From contig CAXXXD010000004.1 in assembly GCA_963663385.2 (NCBI GenBank), forward strand, positions 288,001 through 352,000: 64,000 bases of DNA, given 5' to 3'. How positions within the stretch are numbered: the stretch's first letter is position 1; the number at the start of each line of letters is the position of its first letter. The DNA comes from Oceanispirochaeta sp. GTDB taxonomy: Bacteria; Spirochaetota; Spirochaetia; DSM-2461. Shown here in pieces: positions 35,339 to 43,976 of this stretch. Below the pieces are notes generated by a model. It was not told the origin of the DNA, searched no databases, and saw nothing but the letters and a program-made list of their open reading frames with translations. The translations under genes were made by a program, and so were the position numbers.

Positions 35339-37776
35339 GCTTCGCTACCTCCTATCAGTTGCGTTCTGCTGCTTTTTTTTATTTCTGCTTCGCTCTCTCT
35401 GCTCTCCTTCCCAAAAGGCCGCGTCCAGTAAATAAGAATCGGTGTGATGAGATAATCGGAGAGCAGGGCAGTCAGAAGTCCCAGGGGCGCCAGTACCCCG
35501 ACATTGTGCATTGTCTGTACAAGGGACGATATATAAGCCCCAAAAGAGAACGACAGAATTACCGTTGTCATGGCCAGGGTTTTCCCGACAGAGGAAAAAG
35601 CATTGATAATAGCTTCCTTATAGTTTCCGCAGATCTCAAATTCGTATTTAATCTGGTTGATAAAGTGTATGGTATCGTCCACCGCAATACCCAGGAGCAT
35701 GGGCATAATGATCATGGTCATCATGTCCAGCTGGAAGTCGAAATACCCCATGATCCCGCCTATGGCAATAACCGGAGTCAGGTTGGGGATCAAACCGATC
35801 AGTCCTGTGGAAAAACTGGCAAAAACCAGAGCCAGCAGAATTGTGATTATGGTAAGGGCTGTAAAAAAGGATTTCAGTTCGGAGATAACCATTCGGTCGT
35901 TCATTTCGGCAAAACGTACGGCGCTTCCAACAATAGCCAGTTCTCCCTTCGGGAACAGCTCTTCTGCCAGATCCTCGATTTTATTCAGCTCGTAAGTGAT
36001 TGCGCTGGAGTCAAATTTGTAAATTTCCACCTGAGCTCTCAGGACAGAGTACTCTTCATCCACCCAGTCATAGGTATTTGTTCCTCCGGACATTTCGTAC
36101 AGAAAGAGCATCTGGGCTATCATATCCCGGCTGTCGGGAATCCTGTAGAAGGACGGGTCATCCCCGTTCAGGGTTTGGTTCATATCCTTGACGATATCCA
36201 GAACAGAGAAGATTTTTGGTACGTCATGATTCTTTTTGGTTAACTCGAACTGTCCGACCTCTGTCAGCAGGCGGTCGAAATTCTTTAAAACCTCCGGTTC
36301 TTTCACCCGGTCCGCATCAGGGAAACTGATGGTTATATTATAGGTCAGGTATGAGCCGAGCTGTGAAGTGACTATGGAGTACACCCTTTGGATATAGGGA
36401 ATCTTCATCCCCATAAACTTGAAACTGTCAATATTAACATTGATATTCCGTATTCCCGGAAGGGCAACCATAACGCATATCAGAAATACAGCACCGATTA
36501 TCTTTCTCCTGCCAAGTATCCAGTTACCCAGGATTCGAAACCCTTTTTCCGTTCTTGTAAGACCCGGGATAGTCTGTTTTCTTCGTCCGGGCCTGTCCTT
36601 TCCGAAACTGAACAGAACGGGGATCAGCAGAATAATATAAACATAGACAGTGAGTACAACCGCAGCGCAGCTAAAACCGAGCCATCGGACGGGAGCAATC
36701 CCGATTACAGTAAAGGAAAGCATGGATCCTATTGTGGTAAGGACCGTAAAAAGGATGGGCCACCCGGTCTTCTCTACAGCACAGACAACCGCTTCCTTTC
36801 GCTTTATTCCCTGACGGAAACTCTTTTTGAAAGAATTGACCAGATGAATGGAATAGCCCACAGACAAAGCCATCCCCAGCAGAAGGGGAAGAGTCATCAG
36901 GGTGGAATCAATTCCGACATTTAACCAGCCCATAAACCCGAATACCACAGCAATTCCGGCAAAAGTGGTGAAAATCGGGATAATCACTCCCCTGAAGGAA
37001 TGTAGAAAAAGGGCCAGCAGGATTACCATTACCGCAAAACCGCCGATAACACGGGTTGCGGCCTCTTTTCCCATAAAGTCTCTTTCTTCCGTTTCCGTAT
37101 AGGGCATCCCGGCCGCCTTGATCGTATAGGCATTGCTCTCCCATCGGGGATCTGTTACAACAGCTATGGCAGCTTCCCCCGCTTCGAACATGGGATCCTT
37201 TCCGGGATCTTCCCATTCGCCCTCTTCCGGGTATTCCCTCAGTGCGAGAGAAATCCAGGTTTCCCTGCAGTCGGATGATACAAGTTTGTCCGCCAGGGAG
37301 TTCCGGGACAGGATCAGCTCCCGGGCTGCCTCCATCTGAGGGCCTTTTGCCGGAATCCCTTCTCCAAAGGGGTTGATTACAGCTATGCCTTCCGCTGTAC
37401 CAACAGAAACCTCCAGTTCCGTAAGAGATGTTACGTCATCCGCATAGGGGACATTCATCAGCAGAGCTTCCCCCAGGTTTCTGATCATAAGCAGGACCTC
37501 CGGGGCGAATACATCCTCCGCTTCTACCAGGATACCTACGGTATCATTGTTTCCGAAGCGTTCTTCAAATTTATCCGTGGCAATTTCGATAGCTTCCTTT
37601 TTGTCGAACCATCCGGTGGAAGAACTTTTTGTATGAACCTGCTTTAATCCGGCTGCTCCAATTGCTGTCAGGAATATCAGTGTTCCCAGCAGGACCCACC
37701 TGTATTTTAGCTGTCTCTCTGCCAGTTTACGAAAAATGTGATTGATATCCGTAATCTTCACAGTATGCTCCTTCAT
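35335..37776 (-). CDS. MMPL/RND family transporter
   Basis: Two 1+5 TM repeats with periplasmic domains; GIAVDDTIH. Confidence 0.88.
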   Translation of the reverse strand: MKEHTVKITDINHIFRKLAERQLKYRWVLLGTLIFLTAIGAAGLKQVHTKSSSTGWFDKKEAIEIATDKFEERFGNNDTVGILVEAEDVFAPEVLLMIRNLGEALLMNVPYADDVTSLTELEVSVGTAEGIAVINPFGEGIPAKGPQMEAARELILSRNSLADKLVSSDCRETWISLALREYPEEGEWEDPGKDPMFEAGEAAIAVVTDPRWESNAYTIKAAGMPYTETEERDFMGKEAATRVIGGFAVMVILLALFLHSFRGVIIPIFTTFAGIAVVFGFMGWLNVGIDSTLMTLPLLLGMALSVGYSIHLVNSFKKSFRQGIKRKEAVVCAVEKTGWPILFTVLTTIGSMLSFTVIGIAPVRWLGFSCAAVVLTVYVYIILLIPVLFSFGKDRPGRRKQTIPGLTRTEKGFRILGNWILGRRKIIGAVFLICVMVALPGIRNINVNIDSFKFMGMKIPYIQRVYSIVTSQLGSYLTYNITISFPDADRVKEPEVLKNFDRLLTEVGQFELTKKNHDVPKIFSVLDIVKDMNQTLNGDDPSFYRIPDSRDMIAQMLFLYEMSGGTNTYDWVDEEYSVLRAQVEIYKFDSSAITYELNKIEDLAEELFPKGELAIVGSAVRFAEMNDRMVISELKSFFTALTIITILLALVFASFSTGLIGLIPNLTPVIAIGGIMGYFDFQLDMMTMIIMPMLLGIAVDDTIHFINQIKYEFEICGNYKEAIINAFSSVGKTLAMTTVILSFSFGAYISSLVQTMHNVGVLAPLGLLTALLSDYLITPILIYWTRPFGKESRESEAEIKKSSRTQLIGGSEA

Positions 37777-37815
37777 CAGGGATTTATCTTGTCAGATCCC
37801 CGGTATTGCTGTATA

Positions 37816-37850
37816 ATAAAGTTAATATAGACTAACTATATTAACTTTAT
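37816..37850. promoter_or_regulatory. 15-bp perfect inverted repeat operator between MMPL and AraC genes
   Basis: ATAAAGTTAATATAG-ACTAA-CTATATTAACTTTAT. Confidence 0.6.
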
Positions 37851-37911
37851 GATATTTGATCTTAAGGGAAGGAGCTACCGAAATCGGGATTAATTGAGGT
37901 GGAAGCGGAAT

Positions 37912-38928
37912 ATGGAATGTATTCAATGCAACAATGAGGAAGATCTGAGCCGGGAAGTTACCGCTGTATTCAGTGATTCGCACCGCCGAGAAAATAAAGG
38001 GACTCTTCTGTTTTTTAATACACCTTCCATACGGGGGATTTTCAAAGAGCTTACCATCAGGCCCGGAATCAATTTGAATCTGATTGATATTGAAGCTGAG
38101 GCGCCCTTTTCCTTTAAAAGCAGGACAGTCGTTCCTCATGTTGTTGAAATGGGGTTTTCCACAAAGGGGCATGTCCGCTTCCGTATGAAGGGGCAGAGAA
38201 ACCCTTTTGACAATTACGCGGGGCAAAGCTATCTCTCTTTTGCCCAGGGGGAGTTTGAAACAGAACTCTCTCTGGACGGCGGACAGCATATCCAGTTGGT
38301 GGAGGTTCAGTTCGATCCAGGTGTATTTGATGAATTCTGCAGGGAATGGGGGTGTATACTGCCCGGAAAATTACAGCCTTTTGCTGAAAACTGCAGGGAT
38401 ACGGTGGTTAAATGCCCCTGCATTCTCCCGGGTTCCATGCAGTATCTGGTTCAGGATGTATTGAAAGAGGCTCTTTCCTGTACAGATCTCCCGATTGGCC
38501 TGGAAGAAACTGTTCCGGGGTTAACAGCTGGAATTGTCTCCTATCTCAGGCGGGGGATGCAGTCCTCCGGGGCGGTGCTGACTTCAGGAGATATAGAACG
38601 GGTTCGGGAGGCACGTTTTATCCTGGAAGCCAGCCTGGAGTCTTCTCCGGGACTGAAGGAGCTGGCCCGGATGGTCCATTTGAATGATTACAAGCTCAAA
38701 ACCGGATTCCGTCAGGCTTACGGGTGTACGGTTCATCAGGCTTTGACTGAAATGCGGCTGAATAAAGCAAGGGAAATTCTTGAACGGGAGGTATCCCCGG
38801 TTTCTGATATTGCGCACTCTGTCGGATACTCGAATCTGGGTGATTTCGGGATTGCCTTTAAAAAGAAATACGGTCTTTCTCCCAGGCGGTACCGCCTTGT
38901 TTCCGGTATTGCCGCGCACTACTGTTAG
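37912..38928 (+). CDS. AraC family regulator (PchR/YbtA-like)
   Basis: ELARMVHLNDYKLKTGFRQAYG...VGYSNLGDFGIAFKKKYG. Confidence 0.88.
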   Translation: MECIQCNNEEDLSREVTAVFSDSHRRENKGTLLFFNTPSIRGIFKELTIRPGINLNLIDIEAEAPFSFKSRTVVPHVVEMGFSTKGHVRFRMKGQRNPFDNYAGQSYLSFAQGEFETELSLDGGQHIQLVEVQFDPGVFDEFCREWGCILPGKLQPFAENCRDTVVKCPCILPGSMQYLVQDVLKEALSCTDLPIGLEETVPGLTAGIVSYLRRGMQSSGAVLTSGDIERVREARFILEASLESSPGLKELARMVHLNDYKLKTGFRQAYGCTVHQALTEMRLNKAREILEREVSPVSDIAHSVGYSNLGDFGIAFKKKYGLSPRRYRLVSGIAAHYC

Positions 38929-38940
38929 TTATCAAAAGGA

Positions 38941-39573
38941 GTGAAGATGGACAGGTTAAGGTTGGAGAGGCGTTTCTGGGACCGGATAGCGGGGCGTTAC
39001 GATAGGGTAATGAAGAAGGATATGGAAAGACACTATTCCAGCATGATCGACTGGATGAAGACCTACCTGAACAAAGGGTGCCGTGTTCTGGAACTGGCAT
39101 GCGGTACGGGTCTTGTGTCTCTGGCAATTTCTCCCCACGTAAAAGAACTGACCGGACTGGATATTTCCCCGGCCATGGTCGAAATCGCCCGGAAGAAAGC
39201 CTCCCTGTTAAATATCAGTAACTGCACCTTCCTCTCCGGTGATGCGTATCATACAGGTTTAAAAGAAAACGCCTTCGATGTGATCGTAATTTGTAATGCC
39301 CTTCATATTATGATGAATCCCGAAGAAGTATTAAAAAATGCCGCGAAACTCCTGAAACCGGATGGAATCCTTCTGGCTTCCACGTACTGCCATGGCGCTT
39401 CATTCTGCAGTATGATGCTGTCCCGTACGGCATCACTGTCCGGTTTTAAAGTATATCACCGGTGGTCGCCGGCGGAATATGCCGCCTTTGTAAAACAGGC
39501 GGGCTACACCCTCAGGGACTCTCATACGGTAAATGCACTCTTTCCTCTCAGCTGCCTGGCTTTAGGGGCATAA
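38941..39573 (+). CDS. Class I SAM-dependent methyltransferase
   Basis: VLELACGTG, GLDIS, LKPDG. Confidence 0.88.
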   Translation: MKMDRLRLERRFWDRIAGRYDRVMKKDMERHYSSMIDWMKTYLNKGCRVLELACGTGLVSLAISPHVKELTGLDISPAMVEIARKKASLLNISNCTFLSGDAYHTGLKENAFDVIVICNALHIMMNPEEVLKNAAKLLKPDGILLASTYCHGASFCSMMLSRTASLSGFKVYHRWSPAEYAAFVKQAGYTLRDSHTVNALFPLSCLALGA

Positions 39574-39602
39574 AAAAGCCGCCGGACTTTAGTCCGGCGG
39601 CT
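39572..39602. terminator. Rho-independent terminator between convergent genes
   Basis: AAAAAA-GCCGCCGGACT-TT-AGTCCGGCGGC. Confidence 0.8.
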
Positions 39603-39630
39603 GTAAATCATTTCCTTTTTCCTGTTTCGG

Positions 39631-40863
39631 TTAACCCAGAACAGGTACCAGAGCCAGAAGAACTCCGGCCGCTACGGCGGAACCGATAACACCGGCAACG
39701 TTGGGACCCATGGCATGCATGAGCAGGTAGTTGTTGGGGTTCTCTTCCAGACCGACCTTATTGGCTACACGGGCAGCCATGGGAACGGCGGAAACACCGG
39801 CCGATCCGATAAGGGGATTGATGGGGTGTTTTCTGGAGAGTTTGTTCATCAGTTTGGCCAGACCGACACCGGTAGCGGTACCGATACAGAACGCAATCAG
39901 ACCGAGAGCCAGGATACCCAGGGTATTCAGGTTCAGGAACTGAGCCGCCTGCATCTTTGAACCAACTGCCAGACCAAGCATAATGGTAACAATGTTGATC
40001 AGGGCATTCTGCATGGTATCGGACAGTCTGTCGGTTACACCGCATTCTTTTACCAGGTTTCCGAACATCAGGGCTCCGAGCAGGGGAGTCGCACTGGGCA
40101 GCAGGATGATACAGGCTGACAGTACGGTTAGGGGAAAGATGATCTTTTCAGTCTTTGTTACATGACGGAGCTGCTCCATCTTGATCTGTCTCTCTTCCTT
40201 TGTTGTCAGCGCCCGCATAATGGGGGGCTGGATGATGGGAACAAGAGCCATATAGGAGTAGGCCGCAACGGCAATAGCTCCGAGAAGGTCCTTTGACAGA
40301 CGGGAGGCAACGAAGATCGCTGTCGGGCCGTCCGCTCCCCCTATGATACCGATAGCAGCAGCATCAAAAAGATCGAAAGTAATTCCGGGAACCCATTTCC
40401 CCAGAGCTACGGCACCAAGCAGAGCGATAAAAATACCGAACTGCGCGGATGCACCCAAAAGCAGGGTCTTGGGGTTGGCCAGCAGGGGACCGAAGTCGGT
40501 CATAGCCCCTACTCCCATAAAGATAATGAGAGGGAACAGACCGCTGGTAACACCAAAGTCATAGAACATCCCGATAAAACCGCCGGAAACTTCATGCAGA
40601 TGCAGAGCTCCCTCTATCATCTCTCCGTGAAGGGATGAGTGAGCGGCGATTTCCGCAAAGGGGATATTACTTAATATTGCACCCATTCCGATGGGAACCA
40701 GCAGAAGGGGTTCGAACTCTTTTTTAACAGCCAGATAGAGCAGGAGGAACCCTACTGCAATCATGACCAGGTTGCCCCATCCGCCTTCCTGCAGGAAGCC
40801 GTAGAGGCCTGTCGTCAGCCACAGCTCCCGGAAGGAGGCGGCCATAGTTTGTCCAAAATTCAT
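39631..40863 (-). CDS. oadB: Na+-translocating oxaloacetate decarboxylase beta subunit
   Basis: [38 protein letters not shown]. Confidence 0.95.
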   Translation of the reverse strand: MNFGQTMAASFRELWLTTGLYGFLQEGGWGNLVMIAVGFLLLYLAVKKEFEPLLLVPIGMGAILSNIPFAEIAAHSSLHGEMIEGALHLHEVSGGFIGMFYDFGVTSGLFPLIIFMGVGAMTDFGPLLANPKTLLLGASAQFGIFIALLGAVALGKWVPGITFDLFDAAAIGIIGGADGPTAIFVASRLSKDLLGAIAVAAYSYMALVPIIQPPIMRALTTKEERQIKMEQLRHVTKTEKIIFPLTVLSACIILLPSATPLLGALMFGNLVKECGVTDRLSDTMQNALINIVTIMLGLAVGSKMQAAQFLNLNTLGILALGLIAFCIGTATGVGLAKLMNKLSRKHPINPLIGSAGVSAVPMAARVANKVGLEENPNNYLLMHAMGPNVAGVIGSAVAAGVLLALVPVLG

Positions 40864-40876
40864 ATACTCTTACTCC

Positions 40877-42685
40877 TTAACCGAGCTCAATCAGAACCTG
40901 ACCGGCCGTAACCTGATCACCCTGGGCAACTGCAATGTTGGTTACAGTACCGGATACGGGAGCAGATACGGGAGTTTCCATTTTCATAGCTTCCAGAACG
41001 ATTATCTCTTCACCTTCAGAGACACTGTCGCCTACGGCAACGGGGATTCTCAATACAAGACCGGGCATGGGAGCATTGACGGCCTGACCGGCTCCGGCTG
41101 CTGCCGCGGGGGCTGCTCCGGCTGCGGGGGCTGCTGCCGCAGCTGCATCAATACCGTCTTTAACATCGATATTGTAGTTAACACCGTTTACAGTGGCTGT
41201 TCCGCCGTCGATCTTTACGCCGTAAGCTTTTCCGTTAACAGTAACGGTATAACCTTCAGCAGAACCGGCAGCCGCTTTTTTGGCGTCTTTTCTGATATTG
41301 GTTTTGGCTTCGCCCTTAAGGAACATAATTCCCTTGTCCTGACAGGCTGCGGCAATAAAAATATTCTCGTCGGACAGATCGGTAATCCCGTTGTCCTGAA
41401 GCATCTTTTTGGCCGCTTCGATACCGAGTTTCTCGTTTCTATCGTTAATATCAACAACCAGCTCGGTAGTGGGTTCCAGACCCATCTGTTCCTGACAGAT
41501 CGCTTTGATTTCCGCATCGGGTTCAACAGGAGTTTTACCAAAGTAACCAAGAACCATTTTCCCGTAACCTTCGGCAATCTTTTTCCAGGGACCGAACATT
41601 ACGTTGTTGAATGCCTGCTGGAAGTAGAACTGGGAAACGGGAGTAACAGATGTTCCGTATCCACCCTTCATTACAACTTCACCCATTGCCTTGGTTATAT
41701 CATGGTATTTGTCCATCAGTCCGTTGTCACGCAGCATCTGTGTATTTGCTGTAAGGGCTCCGCCGGGGAGGGGGGAGAAGGGGATAATGGGGTTAACCAT
41801 GGTAGCTTCGGGTGGCAGGAAGTAGTCTTCCATACACTCTTTAAATACTTCTTCCACTTCCATAATGGCATCGGGATCGATTCCCAGGTCGTAATCCGTT
41901 CCGCGCAGAGCATGCCACATGGTCATGATGTCGGGCTGACAGGTTCCTCCGGATACGGGAGCCATGGAAAGGTCCACCTGAGTCGCACCGGCTTCGATCG
42001 CAGTCAGATACTGCTGGATGGAAACACCTGCTGTCTCGTGTGAATGGAAGGTGATGTTCATATCGGGACCAAGCATCTCTCTGGCGGCTTTGATGGTTTC
42101 TCCGACAATTTTGGGAGTTGCTGTTCCCGAAGCATCCTTGAAACATACAGAATCATAGGGGATTCCCGCATCAAGGATATTCTTCAGTACGCCAATATAG
42201 AAATCTTTATCGTGTGCACCGGTTGCTCCGGGAGGAAGCGCCATCATGGTAACAACAACTTCGTGTCTCAGACCGGCATCGTGAATGCACTGACCGGAGT
42301 AGATCAGGTTATTTACATCATTAAGTGCATCAAAGTTCCGGATAGTTGTGATTCCGTGTTTTTTGAACATTTTTGCATGAAGGTCGATAATGTCTCTGGG
42401 CTGTGAACTGAGACCTACAACGTTTACACCTCTAGCAAGAGTCTGCAGGTCCGCATCGGGTCCGGCAGCCTTACGAAACTGATCCATCATGTCAAAGGCT
42501 GATTCGTTGCCGTAGAAAATGGGGGCCTGAAAACGGGCGCCGCCACCGGCTTCGAAATGTTTGATTCCTGCTTTGGAAGCTGCTTCAACAGCCGGCAGAA
42601 AATCTTGTGTTAATACACGGGCTCCGTAAACGGACTGAAAACCGTCCCGGAAAGCGGTACACATAAAATTTACGCGTTTCTTCAT
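40877..42685 (-). CDS. oadA: Oxaloacetate decarboxylase alpha subunit with biotinyl domain
   Basis: FRDGFQS, RNFDALND, FKDASG, EAMKM. Confidence 0.92.
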   Translation of the reverse strand: MKKRVNFMCTAFRDGFQSVYGARVLTQDFLPAVEAASKAGIKHFEAGGGARFQAPIFYGNESAFDMMDQFRKAAGPDADLQTLARGVNVVGLSSQPRDIIDLHAKMFKKHGITTIRNFDALNDVNNLIYSGQCIHDAGLRHEVVVTMMALPPGATGAHDKDFYIGVLKNILDAGIPYDSVCFKDASGTATPKIVGETIKAAREMLGPDMNITFHSHETAGVSIQQYLTAIEAGATQVDLSMAPVSGGTCQPDIMTMWHALRGTDYDLGIDPDAIMEVEEVFKECMEDYFLPPEATMVNPIIPFSPLPGGALTANTQMLRDNGLMDKYHDITKAMGEVVMKGGYGTSVTPVSQFYFQQAFNNVMFGPWKKIAEGYGKMVLGYFGKTPVEPDAEIKAICQEQMGLEPTTELVVDINDRNEKLGIEAAKKMLQDNGITDLSDENIFIAAACQDKGIMFLKGEAKTNIRKDAKKAAAGSAEGYTVTVNGKAYGVKIDGGTATVNGVNYNIDVKDGIDAAAAAAPAAGAAPAAAAGAGQAVNAPMPGLVLRIPVAVGDSVSEGEEIIVLEAMKMETPVSAPVSGTVTNIAVAQGDQVTAGQVLIELG

Positions 42686-42700
42686 GGAATGATAACCTCT

Positions 42701-42913
42701 TTATAGTTTTGTGTGAGCTTTAACGGCAGCAATTGCTATAGCAATGTCTGCGTCGGCGGATGATTTTCTGACAGCGGGAGCAGCTGGTTTTTCCGGCTCA
42801 GGGAAAAACTTCAGAACAATTTTGGACATAACATTTGTAGATACGACCAAAAGAGTCAGAAACAGAAACACCACTGACATTCCGATAATGGTAACAATAA
42901 GACCACTAATCAT
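42701..42913 (-). CDS. oadG: Oxaloacetate decarboxylase gamma subunit
   Basis: GMSVVFLFL TM segment, Pro/Ala linker, operon position. Confidence 0.9.
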   Translation of the reverse strand: MISGLIVTIIGMSVVFLFLTLLVVSTNVMSKIVLKFFPEPEKPAAPAVRKSSADADIAIAIAAVKAHTKL

Positions 42914-43215
42914 ATTTGATGCTCCTCAGATTGGATATTATTCAATTAAGCCCTTCTCCCTTTCTGTCAGGATGGAAGAAAGACAACTAACTGTTGAATC
43001 GTTCAGGATTTACCGATTCACCGTAAACTATAGTGGAATTCCGCTAATGGTGACAAGCCCTTGAAGGGATGAAACACGCCGTGATTTGCCCTTAATTCTT
43101 AAAAATACTGAGGACGTTGATAAATTGCTATAATACGAATAGCTGTAAATGCATATAATAGTATATATTTAAAAATATATTTCTGGAGTACATTGGATGA
43201 TTATAAATATTAAAA

Positions 43216-43400
43216 GGTGCCTACGGGAAACCCGCTTTCAATATCAGAGCACCCCGAACCTTTACCGTTATAAGAAAGTATGGCTTTCCCCTTCAGTCTT
43301 AACCGCCGAAATCCGAAGTTCCCGGTAGGGATTGTCATTGCCCTCCCGGTTTTGTATGGTTCGGTTTTCGTATGGGATCCGAATCGTATGAACGCACTTG
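43216..43400 (-). ncRNA. ssrS: Probable 6S RNA
   Basis: ~185-nt rod-like hairpin. GTGC/GCAC closing stem, CCGAACC/GGTTCGG stem, A-rich central bubble, then GGGAG pairing with CTTTC. Confidence 0.6.
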
Positions 43401-43403
43401 ACT

Positions 43404-43958
43404 CTAGTAGGCAATCCCTAAACCAATTGACAGATCCAGGCTTGTGTAACGGATCCGGATCTTTTCATCAGCGATACTTTTCTGTCCGTTGCAGGAGGAG
43501 TAGGCAATCCCGCAGTCCAGGGAGTAACGGATTCGTTCCGAATAATGGAGGGGGATTAGTGTTCCCGCACCCAGCCCGTAGTAGAGCCCTCCCTCTTCTT
43601 CAAGAAGCAGGGAGTAACCTGTATAGCCTTTCAGGTAGAAGGGGATTCCCTCAGAGGGCAGTTCCAGACGCAGCGAAAGGTAGACGGGCAGGAATGTATA
43701 CTCATCACCGTCTTTGTTTCCTCTGGGATGGAGGTAACGCACCCCTCCACCGCAGCTGAAGGCCGGGGAAAGGGATATATAAAGCTCCTGGCCCAGAGAA
43801 AACCGGGTATTAAGAACATCTCCCTTCACATCATCTTCCTTTATCCAGCTTGTCGGCTCTATCCCTAAAAAAGTAAAAGAGTGAAACCTCCAGTCCGAGG
43901 ATGATCCGTAAAGAGATGAAATACCGAAAAGTGTCAGAAAAAGCAATATCTGTTTCAT
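43404..43958 (-). CDS. Small outer-membrane beta-barrel-like hypothetical protein
   Basis: Signal peptide, amphipathic beta strands, aromatic C-terminus. Confidence 0.6.
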   Translation of the reverse strand: MKQILLFLTLFGISSLYGSSSDWRFHSFTFLGIEPTSWIKEDDVKGDVLNTRFSLGQELYISLSPAFSCGGGVRYLHPRGNKDGDEYTFLPVYLSLRLELPSEGIPFYLKGYTGYSLLLEEEGGLYYGLGAGTLIPLHYSERIRYSLDCGIAYSSCNGQKSIADEKIRIRYTSLDLSIGLGIAY

Positions 43959-43976
43959 TGACTCTACCCCTCTTTC

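Noticed and set aside
43280..43759. 159-aa plus-strand ORF
   Set aside because: Antisense to the barrel gene and the probable 6S RNA; no protein motifs.
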